From: Camelus dromedarius
Lineage: Eukaryota
Assembly: GCF_036321535.1 (NCBI RefSeq)
Contig: NC_087436.1
Coordinates: forward strand, 118,546,001-118,610,000
Length of the DNA stretch: 64,000 nucleotides
Direction of reading: 5' to 3'
Shown in pieces: positions 36,501 through 48,500 of the stretch; positions within the stretch are counted from its first letter, which is position 1, and every line of letters starts with the position of its first letter. The notes under the pieces were generated by a model. It did not search any database. It had not been told where the DNA came from and saw only the letters and a program-made list of their open reading frames with translations. Made by a program: the position numbers and the translations under genes.

Positions 36501-39500
36501 AAGTGCATGCACACACAGGTGCACACACACAGGTGCACACACATTAACACACACAGGTGCACACACACACTACACACACACACGCACACACACACGCACA
36601 CATGCACTCTGCCACTCCCAGTGGAATTCGTCCCTCGTCAAGTCTTAGAGCACACTGAACAGGAGGTCTGTGTGGGGGTGGCTGTCTTGATGTCGCTGTG
36701 CCTGGGACATGTGGCTCCATTTTCCTGTCATCAAATACACAAAGCCCTCAGTAAGGATTCTGCACCCTGGCGCGTCCATGGGGCCTTGGTATGAAGTGCC
36801 CGGGCCCTGCCTTTCCCGGCTCCCCTGATGGACCTGCGTCCTCAGGGCTCCTGAGCCTGAGGGCAGACAGACCCCGGAGAGGGCCGCGTGTGCTGGGATG
36901 CTCATGTAGGGGGAAATGGGACAGAGACGGGGGCTCTAGCTGGGCTGTTCTAGCTGGAACAGCACTGGAGTGAGCTCTCAGCAGTGTCACAGTCACACCC
37001 AGAGGAGGTGCCTTTACCTCTTCGGGTCTGCTCAGAGCATGGCCCTCAGGACCCGTGATGCCCATCTCTAAGATCCGCTTTTGTTCCTGTAAGACAAGAA
37101 CAAGTGAGTCAGTGATAATACGAGGTCACAGCGGGACAGACCGATCCTCCAACCCCGGTTAGATAGATGGGGCAGCCGAGGGGTCTAGGGGCTGGGCGGG
37201 TGATCCAGAGCGTCTTTGCTCCCTCCGCGACACCTGCCCACCTTCCCCCTCTGCAACCCTGGAGAGCCACCTCCACACCTGCTCCATTCAACCCCCCTGG
37301 GACCAGTGAGAGGAAGCAGGGTTATAAGAAATGAGCTTCAAAGACCACCCACCACTCTTCAAATTCCCAAGTTTCTGCTGCAGAGCAAGAGAGAGGGAAG
37401 ACGGGTGGGACTTGGGTATCACACGGATGCGAAAATCAAACAGCCCTGCACTGGGAGTCCAGCTCCAGAACTGACCATCTCTGCGACTTTGGGCGAGTTG
37501 GCCAAGCTCTGGGCCTCAATCTTCTCTCTGTCACACTAACAGCAGAGTCCACACGCCAGAATGGCTGTAACGAATCACTGAGGTGGTGGATGTGGGATGC
37601 TCACGCGATACCAGGGGGATAGTGAGAGCTCGCTAACCATCAACCAGCTCTCATCTTCTCGACTGTTGCTTCCTCTTCCTTGCACCTGTCTGTCTAGCAG
37701 GAAACCGCTACCTTTAGCTTTTCACATAAATGAAATGGTTCCCTGAGCCCATGGCCTAGATTCAATCCATTCGCTCCAAGGCTCCAAGGGGGTCCCCTCC
37801 CCAGGAGAACATTCATGTCTCCAAAATAATCTTTTCACGTTGCCCAGATGTCAGCTGTGTTGCTGCTAATTTTAACTTCTGCCGTTTCGGTAGCATCATT
37901 CTTGAACACATCCCTACGAGGAGCCCCAGGCACTATCAGCCGTGAAAAGGAATCGTAATTTCCACTGTGCGTTTATGGTTATTAAGCTTGAGTTTATTCT
38001 AAGAACGTAAGCTAGAAACGATTTCAAGATCTAACAGCTGGGGTGGATTTAAGTAAAGAATGGAATCATGTCAGCTATTGAAGACGGTGTTTACAAAGCA
38101 TTTTTGTAAACTGTTTACAAAAAGATTTATGATGTGGAGACAGCCCTGTGAAAGACTGTTCAAGTGGCAGTTACTATTTCTGTCAGAAGGAAAAGAGGGA
38201 GGAGAAGCATGGAGAGAGGACGAACGATGACACAATGGGGAAAACCCGCAGCACAAAGACAAAAGCGGGCTTTGGCGTGAACGCTGCGCTGCCTCAGGCC
38301 TTCTGAAACTCCACGAAACTGACAGAAATGGTACAAAAGAACCAACGGAAACACAGCTTTGGAAGCTGGGAAGCAGATCACAACAGGTAACAGCTTTACT
38401 GGAGCTGAGAAAGCTCAATCTTAGGCTGGCAGCCAGGAAGCTACGAGGTCCCTGAGCGCTTAAGAACTCGGGGCTCCAAACTCAACCTCCCACACACTGC
38501 TGGTGGGACACAGGCTGGTACACCCTGGAAAAGTGTGCGGCAGTGACTGCGAAAATGGAATACACACACACCCACGACCCAGGAGTCCCGCTCCCAGGAA
38601 TTTACTAACGGAGATGCTCGAGGAAGCTTCACACACAACAGTCCCAAATTTGAAACTATCCAAACGTCTGTCAGCTGGAGACTAAGTTGTGGCATCGCCG
38701 ACACCACTATGAGAAAGGAAAACACTATTGTTCCACGTAGCAATGGGGATGACTCTCACAGACCTAGGTTTTGTTTTTTAAATAATTTGCGCTTTATTTT
38801 CATTTATTTGGGGGGGGGGTTAATTAGGTCTATTTATTTATTTATTTTTAGTGGAGGTACTGGGGATTGAACCCAGGACCTCGTGCATGCTAAGCACACG
38901 CTCTGTCGCTGAGCTATGCCCTCCCCGAGACCTAGTTTTGAACAAAAGAAGCCAGACGTAAAAGAGTGCATATTGTATGGTTCTGGGTTTATGAAGTTCA
39001 AAACCAAGCAAACCTAAGGTATGTGTGGAAGGCAGCTTCTAAGAGGCTCCCAGCACGTCCGCCTCTCCTTGCATATGGGCTGGACCTGGCACCGTGCTTC
39101 CAGTGATCAACACCAGGAAAGAGATGGGTGCCACCTCTGAGGTTAGGTTACAAAAAGACTCTCGCGTCCCCTCGCCCACCCTCTCTTGCTCTCTCACTTT
39201 GTCCTTTGGAGGGAAGCCAGCTGCCAGCTGCCCACATGGCAGGGGACCAAGGGAGCCACTTCCCAACAGCCAGCAAAGAACAGAAGCTGTCAGTCTGACG
39301 GCTCGCAAGGAATTGAATCCAGAAAGCCACCATCTGAGGGAAGCTGGGAAGGAATCCTGCCCTGGTCCAGCCTGACACCTTCACTGCAGCCGTGAGAGTC
39401 CCTGAGCCCAAAGACCCAGCCGAGCCACACCTGGCCCCCCAACCCACAGGCCCATGATGTAGTAAACACGTATCATTTTTTTTAAGATGCTACTTTTAGG

Positions 39501-42500
39501 GGGTAACTTGTTACGCAGCCACGGAGAACTAATACAGATTTTGGTGTTCAGAAGTAGGGTGCTACCATAGCAACATCTTAAAAATGTGGGAATGGCTTTG
39601 GCACCAGGCAGTGGATGGAGGCTGGAAGAATTTCAAGGAGTGTTAGAGAAAGCCTAACAGAGCCTGAAAGGGACAGTTAGTAGAAATACAGACTTTGAGG
39701 ACATGGCTAGTGAGAACTCCAACAGAAACGAGGAGTATGTTGCTGAAAACTGGAGGAAGGGGACCTCTGCTACACAGTAGCAGAAGGCCTAACCACACAG
39801 CCATTTGCAGGGATGCAGAAATGGGGAAACACGTCTAACGAACTGGGGGGTCGTGCCGAGGGGAGTCCCCAGAAGACTGTCAAGACACTGCCTGGTTTCT
39901 TCTTGCTGTGCAGAGTGAAATGTGAGAGGGACAGAGAATTGAGGGTGTGCCCATAGAGCCTCTCAATCAAAAGTAAAGCCCCCAGGAACTCGAGTATGTA
40001 CCTCTCGGCTGTCTGAACAGGAAGAAGGGGGCTTATTGGGAAGAAATCTGTAGGTGTCTTTTGTCTCATGGAGTGAACCCCAGTGAGATTCATAGGAGAC
40101 CCACAAAGGTTTTGGGAGAATTATTTTAGCAAAACACAGGCAGCCTGGACTGAATGGGGCAAGACATACAAAAAGGAAGGAGGCAGTTGGACTCCACAGT
40201 ACAGGAAGCGGGCTGAGAAAATGACTCAGCTTCAAGCATGTGCTGCCTTTCATGAAAAGAAAAGATGAAACCAAGAGCCCAGAGGTTGGAGCCAAGAGTC
40301 ATGGAAAATTATTCTCAGGCTTCAAGTTCTAATCAAGGAACAGCCAACACTTATCCAACTGGATTTCAGAACTGCTATGGGCCAGCGAATTCTGATGCCT
40401 TCCATTTCCCCTTTTCAATAGGAATGGCAACACCGTCATTGTTGTGTGTTGAATGTCGGGGGTGAGGAGGGACAGATAACTTTCTTCTTTACTTTCACAG
40501 ACCTACAGATTATAGGAACTACACCCAAGAAGCCTCATCCAGACCTAGACCTGACTTAGATGACTCCAGACTTTGATGCTGTAATGAGATGAGAGTTTGG
40601 AGGACTTTGGAAGGGGATGAATGTGTTTTGCATGTGAGAGGGTCATCAATCATTGGCAGCCAGAGGACAGACTGGCAGATAACTTCTGACCTGGCTCCCA
40701 GGGACCCTCACTTCCAGCATTCACACCCTTGTGAATCCCATATTTTGGGGTGTGGGTTGGATTTAGTGTCCTGTTACCAAGGACCAGAATATTGCTGCAT
40801 AATAGAACTGAGGCACTGTTCTTTTTCACTTGGAATTTGAAATAATTTCAATCTGACAGGAAAACTGCAAGAACACAAATAATAGGAAGTAAAGACAAGA
40901 GCTAACCTAACGGTGAAGCTTCAGAGAGCATGCACTTACCCATCATGCTGCAGTTCCACTGGGCTTTGGAACCAGATGGAAGTGCATTAACACCCTGGCT
41001 CTGCTGCCCCATGTAACAGCGAGCAAGTTACTAATGTCTGAGCCTCAGTTTCCCTGTCTATAAAATAAGGATATTATACACACACACACACACACACACG
41101 TATACATACATATATACATCTATTCCTTAGCATCACGCCTGGCATTAATTACTTTCACTGGAAGCACCCACATCCTCTGTGTGCCTGACCTTGATGTGCG
41201 GCATATGATGTACCGAAGCCCCCACACTGGGGTGCCCCCGGGAAACCCACCCTCTTGACCTCCTCCTCTGCTTCCTCCATCTATTCAGTGAGTCCTGTAA
41301 ATTGTGCCCCTTCCCCGTCACATTCTCACCTCTCCCTCCTTTCTTCATTTCCTAGGAGAATTACTAGAGTAAAACCTAGCTGGTCAACCTGACCTCATTC
41401 TGTTCTCATTAAATTCTCCACCCTCTGGTCAGAATGATCAAAATGCGTTCATGTCTCACTCTCTCTGAAACTTCTGCATGGCCACAGCCTGTTACATGTT
41501 GGACACTGAACTTCACACACTTAATCCTCACAAGGCTGCAAGGCAGGTGCTTCCACATGAGGAACAGGAGCCTTCACGGGGTGGAGTTCCTTGCCCGGTG
41601 TCAGATGGAGGAGGCTGGGCTGGAACGCCTGCTCCAAGCCTGAATTCTGTCCATTATCCCTGCTCCCAAGCCATGTAGGACGATGAGCAGCACCAGCTTT
41701 CATGTGAGTTGCCTCTGGCATCCCCAGGATGTGCAAAAACCATCTTCACTCAGATCTTTATTTGTCCCTCATGCAAATCCTCCAAAGGTCACAGGGCAGT
41801 TGTTAGCCCCATTGTATTGGTGAGAAAACTGAGATTCAACAGACAATGTGGCCTGCCAAAGGCCACACTGCAGACAGTGTGTGCATGACCCACATGTCGA
41901 GTGTCTGGCATGCCATCCAGTTCTTGGCTTGACCCTTCCTTGCCTAATCACTAGGCTGAACCATGCCTCCACCCCCTTTTCTCATACCCTTTACAACAAG
42001 GAGAAGCAGATCGAGCTGGAAGGAATGGAAACTCACACCACTCACCTGAGCTATCAAATCTCCATTTTCTGCATGGACCAAGATCACAGCTCCCAGCCCC
42101 TTAAGGAAGGTGAAGGCTTCGTAGAGCTAAGGAGGGATAAACAGGGATTGGGGTGAGATAAAAATATCACAGCAGGAGCGTTTGCAAAGACCATTTTTCT
42201 GCTCCCACACGGTCATCCACCTGCCAGGTGCTCCATCCATATATCAATGGACTGTGCTGCTCAACAGGTAACCTTGGAAAGACTCTTCCCGTGCCCCCGA
42301 CACCCTCCAGTTCCAAAAGCAGAAGGCTGCAGGTGGGGCACAACTGATCAAAGACACACACGGCATGATCACACCCCGCATCTCAGTGCCTATTTGTGCC
42401 TTTGGCTCTCTCTGTGGTTTTGTTTCGTTGGAGCACCTGTAGTTGCTGATGGTGACAATTGCTGCTAAGAAACTGTTTCCAATTTTATTGAAATTATGTA

Positions 42501-45500
42501 ACTAAACCTGCTAAGCCTGTACCGTGGCCACCACATACCATAGGAGATGTATACAACTTCACAAGATTTCCAACCCATATCGTTTTGTAGACCAACTGGA
42601 GTTAGGGGGACGAAGTTCTCTAACAATGCTAATACTCAGATAACATATACCCTGCCCAGTGCCTTCTTCCCACCCACAAAGTACCCGCAGTTGGGTATTT
42701 CTGTCTGATGAGGACCAAGGCCTCATGCTCCCTCCGCAGAGATTCCCGAATCTCAACCTCCTCCTCCTTGCAGACAAGACAACACCCCCGCCCGGGGGAT
42801 GCACTTCCAGCTGTAGACAGCAGGGGGCGGAGGCGCGCAGAGGCGTGAAGCACTTTGGAGGACCTACACCCAAAGTCTGCTCAAGTCACCTATAACCAGG
42901 GCTTCAGCGAAACACACAATTAGAATGATACAGGGGAAAATGTCAGTTCTGCTAGAGACACATGCTGTTTTTCCCCATGAAACTGAACAAACCTTCAGCC
43001 TTTTGGATGCCTTTGATGACTGCATCAAAGGTTTCCAGGGCATCCAGGGGTAAGTTACATGCTGCAACTCCAGGTGTCTGTTTTGAAAGGCAAGACATGG
43101 GATGCTTCCCCCACTGCACATCAGACCCCATGGTGATCATGAAAAGCAGCTATGAACACTTATATGGCACCAGCTGTGTCCCAGGCACTGCCCTAGACCT
43201 TTACTTGTATTAAATCATTTAATCCTCTGACAACCTCTCTGAGGCAGGTGCTGTTATGAACCTAAAGCACAGAGAGGTTAGCCAGGCTACACAGCGAACT
43301 AGGGTTTGCTGCCAAGCAGTCTGGCTCCAGAATCCATGCCCTTTGCTGCTGCACTGTCCCACCTTTGTAACAAGCGGAGGGCAGGGCAATGATAACAAAA
43401 CCAAACCAGGGATTCTAGTGACGTGAGAAGGCCAGGTGCCTGATAAACTGGAACTCCTGACACCTATTCCCCTGAGATCACTGTCTTCCTTGGTTCTCCT
43501 CATCCACATAACAACTGTCTGCAGTTGGCAGGGCCAGAGGTGATCACCTTGTACAGATGACAAAACTGAGAAAGGAAGGAACTTGTAATTGGCCGGAGGG
43601 ACAGCCAGGGCTCTCCTCCAGGACAGAGCTAAGGAAACAGTCCCCAAATTCACATGAGCCCCAGAGCTCCGCAGAGCTTTTGAGAAGTACAATTCTTGAG
43701 CCCTACCTCCAAGCATCTGTGATGGAATCTAAGGATCTGAGTTTTTAGTGAGCTGTTTAGATGAGGCTGAGGATGAGCTGAGTTTGGGAACCACACGCAG
43801 GGGACCACCTGCTTCACGCCCCCTCTAATGGCCAGAAAGGAATGCAGGTCCAGGAAGGGGTGATGACTGACACAGGTCACGAGGCAGCTGAGGGTCAGAA
43901 CTAGGAATGGAACCCAGAGATCTCCCTGTCCTGCTCCGACACCTCCCCTGCCTGTGCTGCCTTGCCTACAAAGCTGGTCCATTCCTGCCCAGATGATGGG
44001 TGGGGGAACGGGGCTATGCAAGGACCTACCTGGCTATCGGACATCTGGTAGAGATCCTTATAGGCCATGTAGACTTGGAAGGAATTGACACCTGTTTCAA
44101 GATAAAAGAGAGTAGAAAAATGCAATTAAGAAAAAAGAACATGCCTTTCCAGTAAATCGACAATCACAGTACAGAGTGGTAGCAACCAAGACAGAAGGGC
44201 ATCATCAGAATTCACAGTGGGGGCACCCAAGCCAACCTGGGGGTGTGGGTGAGGGTCCAAGGAGGGCTCGAGGAAGGTCACGTGTAAGCTGAGTCTGAAA
44301 GGGAAGGAAGAGGAAGGGGTGGAGGGGAGGGGGAGCAAGGGGAAGGGAACTACCCGGGCTGAGAGGGAGGGATGTGCGTGGCATGGACATTAAGGAAGAT
44401 GGAAAGACAGCAGGTGTGCAGCTACTGGGAAGTGCCTTGTGGCTGAAGCCAAAGGAGCACGTGCTTTTTAAAAAATCCCTTATATTTTTTATTATGATGA
44501 AATACACAAAGTTCACCATCATACCCATTTTAAAGCATACGGTTCAGAGGCATTCATTGCCCATTGCACAGCCATCACTACTGTCTAGTAGAACGTATGC
44601 TTTTAAAGCAAAGGAATAACACAGACTTTTTTTTGTCTCAGAAGGACTGTTCTGGAAGGTGGCTGGGTGTGCAGAAATGGAGATAAGCTGGAGGATGCTA
44701 AAGACAAAAGCGACAGGTGGTCAGAGGCCCTGAGCCTGCAGGGAGCTCCAGGGATGGGGAGGGGTGAGGATGTGAAAAGGCTGAAATGACAGGACTCATT
44801 GTGCAGCCAGAGGGGAGCAGGGGAGGTGGGGGGAGGGCTGCTCCCTAATATGACTTCAAGTGGCTTGAGGACAGGGATCACATCTCATATATTATTTCAC
44901 CTTGCATGTTCACAGCAGGTGCTCTGCAATTAATGTTTGTTGATGGAATCAGGAATCGTTTGGATAAGAAAAAGAAAAAATTAAGGCAAAAGTACTAAAC
45001 GGGATTGAGACTCCTTTTATACTAAATAATAGTGAACACCAGCCCAAAATTGCTTCTTGTCTAGAAAACCTTGGCACCAAATATTTCTTTTCCCAAAATA
45101 TTAGGAAACATTAAAAGAAAAAGTAATATTCTGAGATTAACAAAGTATCAGCCTTTATGCACTCAAGTATACTTATATACAAAAAAACTTCAGTGTATAC
45201 AGACATAAGAAATATCAATGAGTGAACAGGTAAAACCATAGTGAGAGGAAAATTCATAGCCTCACATGCTTCATTAATTTTTCAAGGGGAAGGGAAGCAT
45301 CTATCAGCTGAGTAAGCTTCTACAATAAGAATCTTTAAAAGAAGAGAATGGAAATTTATCAGAAGTTAGAAGTAAACAATACAAATGAAAGCAGAAATAA
45401 TGAAATGGCAGATTGATAAATATGCTTTAGAACTGGCCCTTCTGGGTGGGTGGGTGGATGGGGTAAAGCTATCTCAGATTAGAAGCTTATCAAAATTATG

Positions 45501-48500
45501 AAAAAGTTGACTTGTTATAAATGGCAAACTTCTGTAAGTTAATTCTTAAAAACTCAAAAAGCAAGCAACCAACATGGTAAACAAATCTGAAATAAATTTA
45601 ACAAAGGTTTTTTTAAAAAAACCCCAAAAACCACTTATTTAAAAAATACTAGATGCAGTGGAGCCCATGAGGGGTCTGCTGGGGGTCTCTGTTTGGGGCA
45701 AAGTTTTTCCATTTCTTACCTGGGGAGGGTAATCTCATAATTCCTAAAGCCACATTTTTCACTTGTGTAATATTCTGTATCTGTCTGATTTTATATTTAA
45801 AAGATTAAAATAAAAGCAAAGAAGCAAAAAAGGCACACGGAATCTTTAGACAAATTTTTTTTAAATGGATAACAAATAAAAAGAACAAGATTGAGTCTTA
45901 TTTGTAATCAAATGATTCAGATGAAAACCTCAGTACGGTACCAAATTTTAGAGTATGTTGCTCAGTGCTAGTGAATGTGCATTAAAATGAGTCCCTCTTA
46001 TGCAGCAAGTGACAGCGAAAACTGGCACAGCCAATTTGCACCTGCTTGGAAAACCAATTAAGCATTTAAGCATTCACTATCAAGAGTTGTACATGCTTCC
46101 ACGTCCTTGGCCTGATAATTCTACTACTGACAGTAGAGCCTTGGGAAATACAATAGATCCTGATGCTCACAAAACTTCCCAACTCCATAAAAGCCATCAT
46201 CACAGTGTTTCTCCAAGGAGGCTGCATGGAATGCCAATTCTAGAGGATTGTGCTGAACGCCCATCGGGTTGCCAGCCCACTCCTAGTACCCCCCAGTTCT
46301 CAGAACTTCCTTACATCTGCTAGCAAATGCCTTCTTCCCCATCCATCCAGTAACCTCGGAAACAGCCATGTTCATACCACGTGGCCACAGATCACAGATG
46401 GTTAGTCTAGGGCTGGGCGCCTAACAGATGCTAAGCTGAGCCAGGAGGAGGGACCAAGTCCAAGTGATACCAAAGGACACCTGACGAATCTATTGAACAG
46501 ATGTCCACCCAGACAAAGCGTGGGCTGCTGCATTCCACCATGGGGACCACAGAAGTGGAGAATGCAGGTCAAGGGGGAAGGGAGAGCAGAGCTGGCTGAA
46601 AGAGGGAAGCAGGGCTGAGCACAGGGGACCCCCTGGCATGGGGTCCTTGGACACACGCCTCTGCCGCTAAAGCAAATCTGCATTATTTGCCAAGCTCTGG
46701 GGTGAGTCTCTTGTTTGTAATCAAAATAGGGATGTTGATATCTGTATTGGTGAAGAAAAACTGGATTCATCAGCAACCAATAGATTTCTTGACTCCAGGG
46801 CTTCTTGCAGATTTTAACATGATAATGAGCTTTAAGAATATTCAAGAAGGGACTAAACAGGAAGCTTTCCCAAAGTTATTAGACCCCATAAGCCCTTCTT
46901 CATATTTATTTTCTCACTCATCAAATATTTGCTGAGAACTTAACGTGCGAGCACCATTATGTAATAGGGAAGAACCAATCTGACTCCATGTTAGCTCTGT
47001 TCCCCTGGCTGTAACCCTGTGCTCGGTTTCCTGGGCTCAGTCGTGCTGGTTCGGCACCTTTTGTAAAAGAATCTTGCCTAGAGCCTGAAATACACAGGAG
47101 AGACCCTTCTCAAAGCTCTGATCTTTAAAGGTGTAAAACTTTCCCACTCATAGAGATAAAAAGTCACAGAACAGAGAACATTTCTCTTGTTGGAGGTTTA
47201 CAGAAACATCATGACCTGACCCACGCAGACAGCTGCAAGAACAAAGGAGTCTGATACCAAGAAGTTTGCACTAACCAACCACAACCCTTCCCCTTTTTAG
47301 TATAAAAGGAGCCTGAATTCTGACTTGGGGAAGATGGTTCTCCAGGACATTAGTTCCCCATCTTCTCAGTCGGCTGGCTTTCCGAAAAAAGTCATTATTC
47401 CTTGCCCCAACACCTCATCTCCTGATTTACTGGCCTGTCATGCAGCGAGCAGAAAGAATTTGGACTCGGTAACAATTCTAGAAGCTAGAGATAAAGCTGT
47501 GAAGAAGGTGGGGAGGATCCCCGTCTACATTCTAGTGGGAATGAGCAACGAACAAACAAAAAATAAGAAAACTTCCCAGAGAAATAGGAGGCAGGAAGAA
47601 GTTAAACAGGGGTAAATATTTTTAGTTTCACAAAACTTTTGCAGCAACTCCCACCAAGAGCCAGAGTCTCTTTCCCCTCTCCCTGAACGTGGGCTGGTCT
47701 CGAGAGTGGCTCCGGCCAGCAGAACGAAGCCGAAGTGTCAGCGGACACTTCCAAGCCTGGGCCTCGGGGTGCCTGCAGCTCCAGCCTCCCCCTCGTGGGG
47801 CCAGCAGGGAGAAGCAGCCCACGAGAGCTGCTGGGAGGGGGCGGTGGAGAGAGCCGCCCCAGCTGGGGCCCAAGGCACGAGAGCCTCGGTGTGGCCCGCA
47901 GAGCCGCCCAGCTGAGCCCACACCAGAGGGCCCATCCACAGAGTAGAGAGCAAATGAGGAACCGCTGCTTTCTCTCAGTTGTGGTAAAACACACCTCACA
48001 TAAAATTGGCCATCTTAGCCATTTGTAAGTGTACAGTGCATTTGAGAGAGGTGATTAGACAGGTGTACTGACCCTGGCTGGCTATCCACAAGGGGAGAAA
48101 ATGCCAGGCTGGTGAAAAACAGGACATTCTGTCTCATCCTGCAGCTGGCTACTTGGTTCCAAGGATACAGCCAAAAAACAAGACATTTTATGTCCCATAA
48201 CTGCTGTATTGATCCCAAGAACATACCCCAGTATCTCTTTCTTTGTTCTTTCTCCCACCAAAGTTTCTCTTTTAGGGCTGAGCTCCACGGGAGGAAGGAG
48301 CCAGTAATAGAAGGTGACTGACACCACCATAGTGAAGACAACGTTAGCAGAGGCTTCCAGTAAAAGATCCCGCGGCCGGATCAGGGGCTGGAGCTGTCTC
48401 AACGGCTACCTGGCCGACGGCTCCCCCACTCAAGTGTTCTCTTCCTTTCTTTCTTTCTTTTTTCTTCCTCTCTCTGATCAGTAAAGCAGGTTTCTTTCCA

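Noticed and set aside
36118..36648. His/Thr-rich and Cys/Val-rich ORFs (also 22504-23493 and 54559-54945)
   Set aside because: Artefacts of CA-rich and CAT-rich repeats.
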